64,000 nucleotides of DNA from Vicugna vicugna (taxonomy: Eukaryota). A program made the translations under genes and the position numbers. The notes beneath the pieces are model-generated. The model saw only the letters and a list, made by a program, of their open reading frames with translations, did no database searches and was not told the origin of the DNA. The number at the start of each line of letters is the position of its first letter. Position 1 is the first letter of the stretch. The DNA is taken from the NCBI GenBank assembly GCA_013265495.1, contig MU062035.1:2976001-3040000 (forward strand), written 5' to 3'. Shown here one piece after another: positions 1-14,389 of this stretch.

Positions 1-724
1 GCCCACAGTGAGGCTAGAGGGCTGGAAGCCAAGGGCAGAGCGTGAACCCCTGGACTCACGCAGGTTGTAGGGCTGCAGACCCAGATTCCATCTCACCCAC
101 TCCCCTCAGGAGCCCCACTCCCCGACAGGCAGAGGGACATGGGGAGGAGCCACACAGCTCAGGGAGACAGAGCCTGCAGGAGATGCCAGCCTCCTGACTC
201 CAGGCCTGGGGTTCACTCCACAGCGGCCTCTGACGTCCCTGGAGGGGCTCTGGCCACCGGCTCTGCCCACCACAACCCTGAGGACCCAGTGAGCCCCTGA
301 CACCCTCAGCCTTCACCTGGGCCAGAACTGAGGGCACAAGACAGGTGGGGAGGGGCAGCAGCGGCCAGCGCCTCTCCAGAAAACAGCAGCCTGGGGAGCT
401 CTCTCTGTGGGATACACCCTGCTGCCGCGAAACGCAGCCAACCAGGAGGCCGCTGGCATGCCTCCCCCAGGCATCTGGAGGGTCTGGTCTAGCGGCAACT
501 TCGGGCCTCAGAGCCAAAAAGGCTGGGCAGATTCTGTAGGTGGGACTCAAAGGCTGGGTGACTGAGAGGAGGCAACTCCTGGGATGAGGGCACCAATACT
601 GTTGGGTGAACATGCCCTGGGAAATAAAAAAGGTGGTAGGAACCAGCCTCTATGCTGAGTGTAAACTGTGTGCGTAGGGCCTTACCTTTCAAAGTCTGCA
701 GTAACGGCCCTATAGGGTGGGCAC

Positions 725-830
725 TTTAGCTCTGTTTTACAAACAAGGAAACTGAGACCCAAGGCCATAGCACTATTAAACGGTGACCCAGAATTCATAT
801 CCACATCTTTCTGGTTCCAAAACCTGTGCT
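725..830 (-). mobile_element. MIR fragment
   Basis: ttttacaaacaaggaaactgagacccaagg...ttctggttccaaaacctgtgct resembles the antisense MIR core. Confidence 0.65.
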
Positions 831-843
831 TTGGGGTGCATTA

Positions 844-1044
<201 letters not shown>

Positions 1045-1342
1045 CTAACTTGCGCTCTGACTCCTGTTCTCCAGCCCTGGGCACCAAGGAAGCCAACCCA
1101 GGTGCTGGTGGCCAGCGCTGACTGTGGCTGGGAGCCGGGCTAACCCACACCACCACCCCTCAGCCCCTCACTGACTGTGGACAATTCTGTGAAGCTGGAG
1201 GGCAGCCCCTCCTTCAGGTGGGGTGAGGGGAAGGCTACAGCAGAACCTACTGGCATCCCCACATCTGCTTTTCAAGCTTTTTTGAGCTCAGGTCTCCACC
1301 TGCACCCAGCGGAATGGGGCTCAGGACTTTCCGAGTGGAGTC

Positions 1343-1495
1343 TTTTCTTCTTTTTTTTTTAGTTATTTTTTGTTTGTTTTGGGGAGGAGGCTAATTAGGG
1401 GTATTGATTTATTTATTTAATAGAGGCACTGGGGACTGAACCCAGGACCTCATGCCTGCTAAGCATGCGCTACACTGCTGTGCCAAACCCCTCCC
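1343..1495 (-). mobile_element. tRNA-Ala-derived SINE (camelid-type) with A-rich tail
   Basis: Reverse complement GGGAGGGGTTTGGCACAGCAGTGTAGCGCATGCTTAGCAGGCATGAGGTCCTGGGTTCAGTCCCCAGTGCCTC, then TAAATAAATAAA, CCTAATTAGCCTCCTCCCC and an A-rich tail; A-box and B-box remnants. Confidence 0.85.
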
Positions 1496-1690
1496 GCTCC
1501 GGGAGCTGAGTCTTCTGAGAGCATATGTTGGGGGGGCGGCAGAGGGGGTGCCTTTGGAGCTGAGCCCTGCTTGCACCCAGGTCAGAAGCCTCAGAAAACA
1601 CGAGGCTGGGGTCAAAAACAAGAAACGTGCTGCTGGCTGCTGTAGGGTGGAAGAAAGCAGGGAAGCCAGCCAGCCCGCAAACAGGCTTCA

Positions 1691-1963
<273 letters not shown>

Positions 1964-4900
1964 TCACAAACAGTCCAGCCTGTGGCCACGTGGAATCCCC
2001 ATTTCCAGGGGAGAGTCTCTTACTGCTGTCCTTGGTGGCACACAACCCCCCTCCCCGCCCCCACAAGCCCACAGCAGGGAGGGGACAGGTGACCACCCAC
2101 CCTTGCCAGGCTTAGGCTGTCCCACCCCAGGTTTGGGGCCTGATGTCACAGGTGAGCCTCCAACGTGCCTCCAGCGCTCCTGTACCGGCAGCTACAGAGG
2201 CAGGGACCAACAACCCTGCTGTCAGACAGGAGGCTCAGAGAGATGGGGCAACCCACCCAAGGTCACCCAGGTAACAACGGCAGAACCCGGGTCAAAGCTG
2301 TCCTTACTTCAGAGGCTGCATTCTTGCTACTGTGAGACTGCGGGGCTGGCTGAGTGACCGTGGGGAACTTGAACAACAGAATCTCAATCCAGGCCACTGG
2401 TTAGGACGGAGGGGGTTTGAGAGGAGGTGAGACCCAGCGATTCGAGTCTGAGGCAAGAGTCAGTTCTGGCCCAGTGATCAGTACTCTGAGAACCGAAAGA
2501 GGAGGAGGCAGGGAGGGGAGACAACGCGGACTCCAGACATGAGCAGCCAGTCATGACGTCGAGATTGCTCCCACTCCCCTCATGTTTATGGCTTACTTCC
2601 CTCACGAGTTTATAAACCCCTAACGGAGGAGCTACGTGAACAAATGCTGTAACTAAACTGAGTGGCGCCGTCGCTCCCGCCACCAGTTATTGAAACAAAA
2701 CACGGAAGCTGAAATAGGTAATCAAGGAACAGGATGAAAAGATCAGACCTGGATCAGGAAGCGAGAGCTCAAAGTGAATTCAGACTAGTGAAGAAAGCAG
2801 AGCAAAGGTGGGAGGTTAACTGCCGTCAGAGCCAGAAGAACAGGGCAGGTGCATGGTGGGCTCCGAGGATGCAGGCCTCTGCTGCTCCTCACCTATTTTC
2901 ACTTCCCTGATCCATCAGCGAGAACAATCTTCCGGCCAGGAAAGGTAGATCAGACCCGGTTAATGGGGAGACAGAGGCGCAAGCAGATGGCAGGACAGCA
3001 CCAGGTCACTCAAGTGATTAAGCTTCCAGAGTCAGACAAACCCTACTGTGTGACACAGACAGCCTTGGAAAGTTACAGCGCACTTTGGAGGTGCCAGAAC
3101 GCTGGAGGAGGGCAGAGGCTGACTCTACTTCCATAACAGAAGGAAGATCAGGGTTGGAAATTAAACACGTTTGACACTGATCCAGACAACAATTTTTGAT
3201 GGGACTGTTAAGAAACCACCTGTTGGCACATTTTCAAATCAGATTATCTCCAAGGGCTCGCTACCAACACGTTCTGCTACGAGAATCTCTTATTTCCTTT
3301 TGTGATGGGGATGCTGGCCTGGGGGATCAGGGGGCCTCTCATAAGATCACATGACCAGAAGGTTCCCACCTAAGACCCCGTGGCCGTGGCTGAGGATCGC
3401 AGCTGGACGATGCCTCCAGGGCGTCCTGCAGGATTCTCTACCTGGCCCTGGGCCCACCTGCCCTGGACACAGCTGAGAGGGTTCACAGGATCCTATCAAC
3501 AGCATCAAGGGTTGAGACAGTCAGGAGGGTCACTGCGGGACCCGGAGACACGGGTCAGCTAAGGGCACAGTGCTTCCCAGGCGGCAGTCCCCCACTCCGT
3601 TTAGTCTTCATCAGACCTACTTTAAATCCAAAGAAACTGAAGCTTAAAGATGTCAAGCGCTCTGCCCAGATGACAGCACCATCAGACTCTGATGCCTCTG
3701 CTCCTCCTGCCTCCACGTTCCGAGTGCACTCACCCGGGCACATGCACACCGGGTACCTCGGCTCAAATGTTAACCTCTCTAGGGGGAAAATGGGGAACAA
3801 GTCCCAAGAAGAGGCTCGTGGTTTTAGACGATTTCAAGCTCGGTAAGAATGTGATGTGGCTGCTAGGGCAGTGTTCTCACAGCTTTAGGGACCACAATGA
3901 AACTATTACTGGGGCCCAGATCAGGGGCACGTTCCCTCCCCCAGCACTCGACGAAGCTTCCGGGTGAGGCTTCACTGTTCCGTCCCAGCCCAGCCACAGG
4001 ACTGCAGGGCTGGGTTCAGTGTGGCTTCAGAGAGCCAGGGACAAGTTGGGGTTCTTCTGCTTAAACATCTGAACACCCTGGCCCCAAGAAATAGCAAAGA
4101 AGGCAGGTGTTTCAGGCTGGAAGGGGAAGGCTCAGGAGATCCCGGCTGTGCTCTGTAGGACTGCTGTCTGGCAGGGGGAGCAGACCCACGTCACTGCTGA
4201 GGGGGACAGAGCTGTCTGTGACAGCCGTCTGCTCAGAGAGCAATGAGCCCCAGGGCCCTGGAGGTGTCTGAGGAGAAATGTGGTGGCCATCTGTCAAGAT
4301 GCCACGAGGGGGACCTGAAGTAGAGTGACAGCCTGGAACCTAAGGTCTCACAAGGCCCTTGCAAAGTCAAGGGACGATCTCTGAGAATGAAGACGCCTGG
4401 TTCTGGCAAGTCTGTTTTGCTGAGGACTGGCCAAAAGGAAGACAGGGAGAGATGCTAGCATTCAGCTGCTCTGCCCCTAACACCAGGCCCTGAGCCATCC
4501 CAGGTCCAGGGATCCTGGGGGGTTCTCAATCCTCAGAGACTCCAAGGGCCTCCACAAAATAGCAGAGGCGAGAGTGCAGCGAACTTCAAAGTGAAACCAC
4601 TCCTCACCATTTCAGCTCTGACTGGTACCCCAGCCTGGGCAGAGCCACGGTGTCTGCGGGACTGCCCTGGGCCCTGAGCAAATCCCTGCTGCCACGAAAC
4701 CCGGGCACGTGCGTGCTGAACCGGGGCTAGGGGCACTCCCTGGGAGGGACAGTGCCTGACCCATCTACCCATTTTTCAAAGGCGTCTTTGGACTACGTAT
4801 TCTTCCCCCAAACCACGGGGAAGAGGCTCCTGTGCCCGGCCTGAGGGTGTCTCAGAGCTGCTCTTCTGGGAGAGACCTGGGGGTCTAGCCCAAATGAACT

Positions 4901-6169
4901 GTATGTCCTCCCACAAATGGGTCTCTTCCCATCTCCAGCTCCATGCAGACTGCAGAGGCCTGGCAACCCCAGGGAAGTAATGAGGCTTTGAGTTCAATGA
5001 GGGTCCATTTTTAAAAGAGCAGCAACCTCCCAAAGTGAGGCCGAGACTGGTGGTAAAGGGCTCCGGGCCACCAGGGTAAGTCAAGTCACATCAGCAATCT
5101 GACCTCTGGGGTATCGTCTCCACTTCAGAATCAAGAGCTGCCTTCCAACAAAGGGAAGAGCTGGACGTGCTGTGTGCTCAAAGGTAAAGCAGTTCTGGGC
5201 AGCGGGGCTGGGGTGGGTGAGAAGGCCAAATCCCCGGGAGGACACAAGAGACTGCAGAGCTGGTGGCAGGGGTTCTGAGCCCAAGGCCAAGGCCAAGGCC
5301 CATCAGGGCCCAGGGGGTGGGGGGGAGGAGGAAAGGAAGGAAGAAGAGGTGCTGGGGTGGGGGCAGAGGCCTGGCACACCGACATGTTTCCGCGGCCCCC
5401 TTTCCTGCACCCCAGTCAACTCCCTCCACACCTGGTCAGGGGCAGCTTGCTGGCAATGCTGACCTGCCAAAAATAGAACTATTTTTGCAATGCAGATATT
5501 ATTACATCCTTATAAAAGTGGCTGCCAGAGGAAAACATTTTTATGTGCTGTGGTCGCACAGATGTTCCACGAGGTGGTTCCAACCGAGTCTGAAGTCAGA
5601 GCCCAGCCCGCGTGTCCCCATCAAGCACCTCTGCTCCTCTCTGTAGCCTGGAGATGCCAAGGACACAGGTAAGTGTTTAGAAAGCAGGCCGTCTCCCTCA
5701 AAAGGGAAGCAGAGTATCTTCCGGCCGTGCAGCATTTTCCAGTGAGCACAGCCTGGAGGGCGGGGCCCTGCAGGAAGCCAGCCCCTGCTCACAGCTCCTG
5801 CTCTGGAGCCCAGGGGTGAGACCTTGGGCTGCCTGGGCCCCCATTTCCTTGCCTGCACCTCGCACCCAATGAGCTAATACACTCACAATGCCCAGAACGG
5901 CGCCTGGCTGAACAGCAGCCCCATTCCCAGTACTCTTCCGGTCCTGGCTCTCACGCAGAAGCCAGCAGCATCCTCGTGGTCACTCTGGGTAAGAGCTGGG
6001 CTGGAGGCCAGGACTTGACATGCTGTCAAGCCAGACGACAGTGGTCAGACAGCCTCTCAAGGAAGGTTCAGTATGCCCAGCTTAGGAAAATTTTAATCGA
6101 GCCTAAAACTGTATAAATTCTAGAAGATGGAAAAGTCTCTGCCTGCAATGATATGTGGTCGGAGCAGGG

Positions 6170-6375
6170 ACAGCTATCATTTACTGAGCACACATCATGC
6201 GTCAAAATGGTTTTTTATTTCTGCTCCACAACAATCCTTCCAAATAGGCATTATTAACTCTATGGTGAAAATGCTGAATTTCAGAGAACGGAAGTGGTCT
6301 GTCCAGGTCACAGTGCTGGAAAGAGACTAGGCTAGGATCTCAAACAAGGTCTGGACAATTCCAAAACCTGTTTTC
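6170..6375 (-). mobile_element. MIR fragment
   Basis: catttactgagcac...acaacaatccttccaaataggcattatta...gtccaggtcacagtgctgg pattern. Confidence 0.65.
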
Positions 6376-8656
6376 TTCCATGAGACTTCTCCCCTTGCTC
6401 AACTTTATCCCTGTTCTTTACCGGAAAAATCAAGGACAAACCACAATCCAGGGCTTGGAAATTCCGAGCAGTGTTCATCCCTGTCTCACCCGCCTCCCTC
6501 CCTCAGATCCCTGCTCCGTTCCTCTCCTGCCCACCTTCCTAGTGGGGGATGGTCACAGGGAGGCAGTCTCGCCAGCTTTCCTTCTCAATCAGACACTGGG
6601 TCATTCCACACAAGGTCACCGGACTTGCAAACCAAACCATTCCTACAGAAGCCACGCTGCTGAAGCATCTCCACTTCTGAACCCAGGCAACCTCAGGGTC
6701 CCCCCGCCCCCAGCGAGAAAGCACTCCCCAAACCACCCCGAGTCTGGCCCGAGCCCCTCTGTTCCCCACATCTGGAAGGAAGGCCCCAGGCCGCTTTCCC
6801 CTGCTAAATCATTCGCCTCGCCTAACTGCCAAGCGCGAGTCAGAGGACCTCCCTGCCAGGACCGCGAGCAGGTGCCCCTGCTGGAGTTTCACCACTTGAA
6901 GCTCCGTGCCGGTGCCCGCTGCTCAGCAGGGAGAGAGCTCGGCTTGCGGCTTGCGAGTGAGCAGCCTCAACTCCCCACTCCACAAAACGTTCCACCTTCG
7001 TTTCTAAATATTTAGGGTCTGAAAAAAATACCCAATGAACATCTGCAGGGCCCGGCCCCAGATCGGAAACCTTGGATCTCTTTCCAGAGATTTGCGGTCT
7101 TGCCTCTTTCCCACACCTCCAGCTGTCACACAGAAGTGACCTCTCAGTGCAACTTCCTTTTCAACATGTTGGTACTTGGCTTGCAACATTTTTCACTTGT
7201 TCCACAGCCTTCTCACCAGGGCCCAGGTGGCTATCTGCCAAAGGGTACCTTCCGCCCTCCTCCCCTCAAAAATGCTACGAGGGGCCAGGATGAGCGTTCT
7301 CTCACCTTTCCTCCCCCTGCCCCACAGCTGCGGGGATTTGCCAAATACTTATCTATCTGCTTCATTTTCCTAAAGGACATCTTTTGGTGGTGGCAGAGAA
7401 CAAAAGACCAGAGTGAGGAGATGAGGTGAGGGCGCCTTGGTCTGAGTCCGCTGGGATGTCTCCACAGCTGGGGTCCACAAAAGGGCTCAAGTAAATTTAC
7501 CAACAGTGGGAAGAAAGTCTGTGGGGGCAGCTCCCCACCCAGGCGCTCGCATGCCCTGCAACTGTCTGCACCACGAAAGGAGGGGATGGGGCAGAGCCCG
7601 GGGAAGGGACCCCTGCAGGGAACTGCCCCCGAGACCCAGACCTTTTAAGACGGGCATGGGAAACTCGTAAGTGGGGGAATCCTGGGGGCCACGCCAGGGA
7701 AGGGCGACCCAGACTGGTGCTGCTGCATGGTGGCCTGTGTGAGCTGGACAGGCTCTGGAGGGCTGGGAGCCGTCAGCCTGGCGGGGAGCTCCTGCCTGCT
7801 GCCTGGAACACCTGCAGGGTCAGCAGCTGGCCCTGTGGACCCAGTAAGATGGTTCCTTCCATCCCAACACACGTGGAGTGGGAGTGCGTGTGCGAGAGTG
7901 AGCGTGGGACTGCGAGGAGACCTGGGTCACTGCAAGTACTACTTAATGGAGTGAGGAAGACGCCTCTGACCCCCAGCCTCACATGCTGGTGGTCACCTCA
8001 AGCCGTGGCCACTCCACCCCAAGATATCTCCGACCTGTCCCTCCTCTACTCCTCTGGCCTCTGCCCTTCTTTGTTATTTCCTACCTTGAGGCTGGCACCA
8101 GCTCCGACACTGACACCTGGCCACAGGCTTGACCCTCCAGCCCTCCCGGGGTTGCCTCATCCAGCCCTGGTCACCCCTCTCCTGGATGACTCTAACAGCC
8201 TCCTGCCAACCTGTCCTCCAGGCCAGTCGGCAGAACCATCTTCTGAAGACTAGATCTGATCAGATCACGTGACTGCCCAAAAGTCTTAAAACCCTTCTCA
8301 CTACCTCCGGTGGTAACACGTCTCATGTGGTTGACTTGTTTCCTGCAAGAGGCAACCAAAGGGTGGTACTGCTGAGCATGCGCCAGGAAGTCCCTTTTCA
8401 CAGGACTCCACGGCTCTGGCCCGACTCGTCGTGCCTGTTTCTGGGGCCACTGGTCCACTGCAGCCACCCTCACTGGCTGCTGGAGGAGGAGGGGCTGCCC
8501 AGGGAATGTCCCTGGGCACCTGTCCCTGTCTACACCCCGCTGACTGCTCAGTGCAATTCTGTGTAAATGTTTATGAGCATCTGCTGAACGCCAGGCACAG
8601 GCAACAGATTAAGACCAAAGACTGCAGAGTGGTAGAACGTAGCTTTCTTTTTCTCT

Positions 8657-8740
8657 AGGCAGACAAATGTGGGTTCAAATCCTGGCTCTGCCTGTTACTT
8701 AGATAAGTTGCCATGGGCAAGCTACTGAACAGCTTACTGA
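8657..8740 (+). mobile_element. MIR fragment
   Basis: gggttcaaatcctggctctgcc...atgggcaagctactgaac. Confidence 0.65.
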
Positions 8741-10256
8741 CCTGTTAAACGCGAGTGACAGCTCCATCTTGTTCACAACCCAGTCAAAGGAGACGGTCCT
8801 CACAACCACATGTGTTTGCTCTTTATCACTGATTTGCTCAACTTTCCTGGAACCCCTTCGCCTCCCATCCAAGACAACCACGGACATTTTCCCAAGGCTC
8901 ATCTGGGACACAGAGCTCAACCCGCAACTCTCATTTCCCCTGTTTGCGCAGAAGCTACGCATCATTAACTTAGATTTGTCACCCTCATTGCTTCCCGGCC
9001 CCTCCTTTTACAGTTACTTACATTGGAAACCAGCCCCAGCTTTAATGTACCTCAGATGAGTTATGTGACTGGCCGTTAGGATGATGACAGAGCATGAATT
9101 TCCTCATTAAAGCCCAAGAGCACAGGCAATCCAAACAGGCCCGCGGCCCGGTCCGGTGCGCTGAGGACAGCCACTCATCAGGCCCGCGTTTGGCTTGGCA
9201 GCAGGCGCCGCTCATGGCAAGCCGGAACCAGAGCCTGGCCGTGGGCTGACAGCTCTGATTTAAACTATTAGGAAGGCTGAGGATTAAATATTTGTCCAGG
9301 TCACTGTAAACCGGGAAGAATTATAAACAGTTCAGAGCGGTAAGTGATGCAGGAAACAGTCTCCGGATACAGATTTAGGATTTTCCACCATTCCTCAGGT
9401 GGCGGGCAGGGGGGAGGCTGTGGGAGAGCTGGCTGCCTGGGGGTTTGGCTGCCCCTCACCAGTCAGCGGTTCCTGGAAGACAAGGGCCCATTTCCATGCA
9501 GAAGGACAGGCTCTGCCCAGTGAGCATCAGCCTTGGATCTGGGATGGCGTAGGGACAGCCCTGTCCAGAGGCCAGAGAAGAGAAGTCCTGAGATCCCTTG
9601 CGGCCGCAGGCCCCTGTGACACGGCAGAGGTGGTGGAGGCCCCGACACACGGCCCAGGCACCTGCCTGGCACTACGACTGATCAAGCACATGAACATGCT
9701 TCTGTGACTGGAATACAAATGTACTTAAAAGAGTAACTAAATGTATCCTTTCTGCCTTATTTAAAAAAAAAAACAACCGTGTTTTTTAAAAGTATAATTA
9801 TTATCTGACTGAAAATAACATTCTGATGTTAAAAGGAATCCTCATAAAGTCAGGCAGCCGGAGAAGGAGAAAGGAATGGCCATCTCTGCAGAAGGAGCCC
9901 CCCCCCACCCCGAGGACGCTCTCAAGGACGCTGTGCTGCCGCCAACACCGCCTTCTCTGAGGCCAAGTATTACTTGTCTGGACTTCTTCCTGTTACACCA
10001 GGCCCGCCCCATCCTGGCACAGTTAAGGCCTTCCCTTGAGACTGGTCTGTGAAGAGTCCTAAACATGGACCCTTAAACAAGGTCTTAAACCTGCTAAGAT
10101 GTGTGAAGCAGAAGTCAGGACAAGCCTGCTCCAGGGAAGGCAGCACCTTCCAGCCCAAGCTCCCAGTTCACCTCCGCCACACCTGAAGGGACACCTGGGA
10201 GATGGGTGCTCAGGATACCTAAGCAGAAGACAGGCAAGAGGAAGGTACACAGTAGC

Positions 10257-11190
10257 TGTGACAGCTGATCTGTAAGATGCATTTGGTCACTCAGACAACC
10301 AAAGTATGTTTCTTATGTATTTCTGGTCTTCATCTGCGATTCCTGGCTCACGGCTCCCAAACCCTTGGAGTTTCCTGAGAGATAAGAGTAGTGGGAGCAT
10401 CTTCTGTTATGTTCGGTCTCCTGAATCAATCACGTCACAAAGGTGAAATGGTGGCTTGTCACTCGTAACAAGCCCCTTTCCACCACAACTGGGTTTATCT
10501 TAATGAGATGACTTTTGGAAAGCACCTAACGATGGGGCTGCTTGCCAGGGAACCAACCATGAAAAGAGGGATGGAACTTTTAGTTCCACCCCTGGTTTCC
10601 ATGCAGGAGAGAAGGGCTAGAGATGGAATCAATCACCAATGGCCACTGAGTTAATCAGTCATGCCTATGTAATGAAGTCTCCATAAAATCCCACAAAGGA
10701 TGGGGTTCAGAGAGCTTCCAGGTCAGGGAAACAAAATGCTCCCAGGTGCCACCACGCCGGCCCTCAAGCTCCATGAGGACAGTCTCCCTTGTTGGAGACC
10801 TTGTCCTGTGTATGTCTTCAACTGGCTATTGCTTCATACTCTTTAATATCTTGTAATAAACCTGCAACCTAGTGAGTAAACAGGTTTCCTGAGTTCTGTG
10901 AGCAGCTCTAGCAAATTAATGGAACCCAAGGAGGGGGTTGTGGGAACCTCTGATTTGTAGCCAGTAGGTCAGAAGCCCAGGTGACAACCTGGATTTGCAG
11001 CATCTGAAGGTGTGTGTGAGGTGGGGGAGGGCAGGCAGTCTTATAGGACTGAGCCCTTAACCTGTGGGATCTCCAGGCAGAGAGTGTCAGAACTGTAACT
11101 GAATTGTATGACACTGCTGTGTCTCCAGAACCACCTGTCGGTGGCATGGGGAGCCACCTCCCAAGGTGGAACTGGGCGTAGAACCCGAAA
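10257..11190 (+). mobile_element. MER21-type solo LTR, near full length, antisense to CAPZB
   Basis: Starts TGTG; contains cccttggagtttcctgag, aatcaccaatggcc..ttaatcagtcatgcctatgtaatgaa, AATAAA at 10855-10860 and ctgagttctgtgagcagctctagcaaattaatggaacccaaggagggggttgtgggaacc, all typical of MER21 as I recall it. Confidence 0.85.
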
Positions 11191-11194
11191 GAAT

Positions 11195-11345
11195 AGCGCT
11201 CATCAAATTTTAATGTGCATGTAAACTACCTGGAGAATTCTGTGAAATTTAGGTTCTGGTTTGGTAGCCCCGGGTAGGTAAGGCCCAAGATTCCTGCATT
11301 TCTGACAAGCTCCTTGGTGGTGCTATGTTGGTCCCTCAAGGACTA
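11195..11345. mobile_element. MER5A-like hAT-Charlie non-autonomous element
   Basis: aaattttaatgtgcatgtaaactacctggag...ggcccaagattcctgcatttctgacaagctcc. Confidence 0.7.
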
Positions 11346-11924
11346 GGCTGTGAGCAGGACAGTGCCCTCCAGCTGTACAGGAGGGTCTCAGAGCCCATCC
11401 GCCTGGCCGGGCTGCTCACAACTACAGAGATGAGAAACAGCAAAGCACTGCTCCTTACCACATAAAAGGAGCTTGAGGTACGGAGACACACTGAGGCCTA
11501 AGGGTGAGAAAGAAACCACGGCCAGGTCTGCAGTCACCTGCTCCTACTTAACGGCAGGGAGCGGGCCAGGAACTGGCAGGCGGTGTTCAACCCAGGCAGT
11601 TCAAACGGCATCTGTCTGGAAACCTGAAGCCCTGGTCAGAGCTAAACAAGCCCACTGTAATCACGAGTACCCCAGAAAGATGGTTATCAGGCTGGCACCT
11701 CCCTCTAAGGCAGTCTTCAGTAAAGCCAGGTTGGAGGGCTCTGAACTTGGCCTTGACCTAATATGAAGACATAGAGTCATCTTAGTCAATGTGCAAGGAA
11801 CAAAGCCAGAAGGGACAACTAATACCTTGATGACCAAAACTGAGATTCAATTGTCACAAGCAGAATGGACAAAAACCAGGGTGTGAGGACACATGTAAAA
11901 CCTCACTTTAAAAATGATCAACTC

Positions 11925-12160
11925 ATAATGGAATACTACTCAGCCATAAAAAACGACTAAAATAACGCCATTTGCAACAACATGGATAGACCCAGAGATT
12001 ATCATATTAAGTCAGACAGAGAAAAGACAAATATCATGTATCACTTATATGCGGAATCTAAAAAAACGACATAAATGAACTTACTTACAAAACAGAAAAA
12101 GACTCACAGATACAGAAAACAAACTTATGGTTCCCAAAGGGGAAGGCTGGGTAGGGACTG
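11925..12160 (+). mobile_element. L1 3' region fragment lacking the terminal poly(A)
   Basis: aatggaatactactcagccataaaaa...gcaacaacatggatagacccagagattatcatattaagt...agactcacagatacagaaaacaaacttatggttcccaaagggg. Confidence 0.9.
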
Positions 12161-13467
12161 GGCAGCCAAGTAGTCGAATGCACGCTGGTGAGGCGCCAGC
12201 CAAGCAGCCTGGGGCCCCCTCTGGAGGACAGGTTCTCTGCCGAATGCAATTTTTCATGGAGGCTGATGTGAAAGGAATGGGCTGTCTCCCAAGGCAGCGA
12301 GCTCCCTGGTCCTATCCTATTAGGGAGGCGTAGGTGTCCTGTCAGGTTGGGAAGTGACCTCTGAACTCTTCCAATGTAAAGACCCTTTGACTCAATCAGC
12401 CTTTGGACTGCTCTGACCACATGTACTCATTTTTTTCTTTATGAGGTGAAAAAATATTCTGAGTTTTGAGAAGTGCCCGGCTAGGGCGCAAACTGAAGGA
12501 TGCTGGTGAGCATCATTTGGCTGCATCCTTGGGGCGCTGCTATGTGGGGGCCGGAACTGAGCAGAGAGCAGGCGCATGTCGGTTACCAGTCACCACCGGG
12601 TACGTGTGTGGGGAGGCCGGTAAACTTGCTCAGGTGCTTTAAGTAGGCACTCCCTCTTCTGAATCCCTTCAGCTTTTATTCCAGCCTTTTCTCTCCTTTC
12701 TGGGACCCTGGCTACTACTTCCCAGCAGCCTGTTGCCAAGCATCTAGGCTGACCCTCTGGCTCTGTGGTCACTTCTCATACTGCCCACCTCCACCTACAA
12801 GATCATGTCCACCAGTCCTCTCTGCAGAAAGCACCTCTCCACCAGTGTCCAGTGCCTGCCGCCGGCCCACATCCACCCCGCCCTCTACTGTGACAAGCTG
12901 CCTGGTTTTACTCTAGGAAATCAATACCCTTGTTCTAGCTACTCCACCTCGGCGGTCACATGACCCAGGTCTAGCCACTATTTCACCCTCCTAGCCTCAG
13001 GAGATGATCCTGTGACGGACAGGTAACCCAATCTGGCAGTGAAACGTTTCTGGGGTTAGGGCAGACCTGCTGAGAGAGAAACTCTTCTCCCAGGAGCCCC
13101 CACAGGGAGATTCACAGTCCTGCTGGCATCATTGTGTCTCCGTCCCAGCCGTGCTGAATGAAGTCTGAACATCACAATTCTGTGGGCTGACTCATTTCCA
13201 TTTTTGCTTAAGTCAGAGTTTTACGTCTGTCACTTGCAACCAAGAGCCCTAATACATGAACTTAAGTCACAACTGAGAAATTCATTCATTCTAAAGTGTC
13301 ACCAGCAGTATGTCCTCACCACCACAGTAGCGTTTTAATGTAAATACCCTGACCTGAGATGAAACTTCCTGTGACTGAATCTGGGAATCACCGACAGGCC
13401 TGTGGGGAGACCATGCCAGGCCCAGCAGCTGTCCCAGGGCCCCTCTGTGGGAGCAGCTGCTCACTCA

Positions 13468-13749
<282 letters not shown>

Positions 13750-13924
13750 TCACACGACCTTTCTTAAAAATCTCACTGGGTTTTAAAGGGAGCGAATCTG
13801 CAGTCATGTGTATCCAAGTTCTTTAGGATCAATGACTACTGCAATCCTGACTTATCTTTATCCAAACGGCTGGAGGCACTTTTAGGAATAAGCAGGGGTT
13901 TATACATCACAGTATCCCCCATCA

Positions 13925-14182
<258 letters not shown>

Positions 14183-14389
14183 TTAGATGTTAAGCCCGTC
14201 AAATTACAGACCATCAGCCCAGGTCCCAGGGGTTGTCACTTGGCAAAGATTCATCCAAATGTCTGTCTGGGACTAAGGACCCTCCCTACAGTGGTTCCAG
14301 GGTTGATTCTTGCATTTGTCCTGATCATCTGTTGGTCAGGGGAGGGCATACAGCATCCTTTTGTGGGGTGGGTGGGGCACAGAAAGAAC

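Noticed and set aside
1424-1495. tRNA-Ala(AGC)-like sequence
   Set aside because: Substitutions disrupt the D arm, anticodon stem and B box, and it is followed by a SINE body and A-rich tail; it is a SINE head, not a tRNA gene.
6380-7015. 211-aa ORF and the other 150-200 aa ORFs in the track
   Set aside because: Pro/Ser/Gly-rich, no recognisable family, intronic location; expected in GC-rich DNA with few stop codons.
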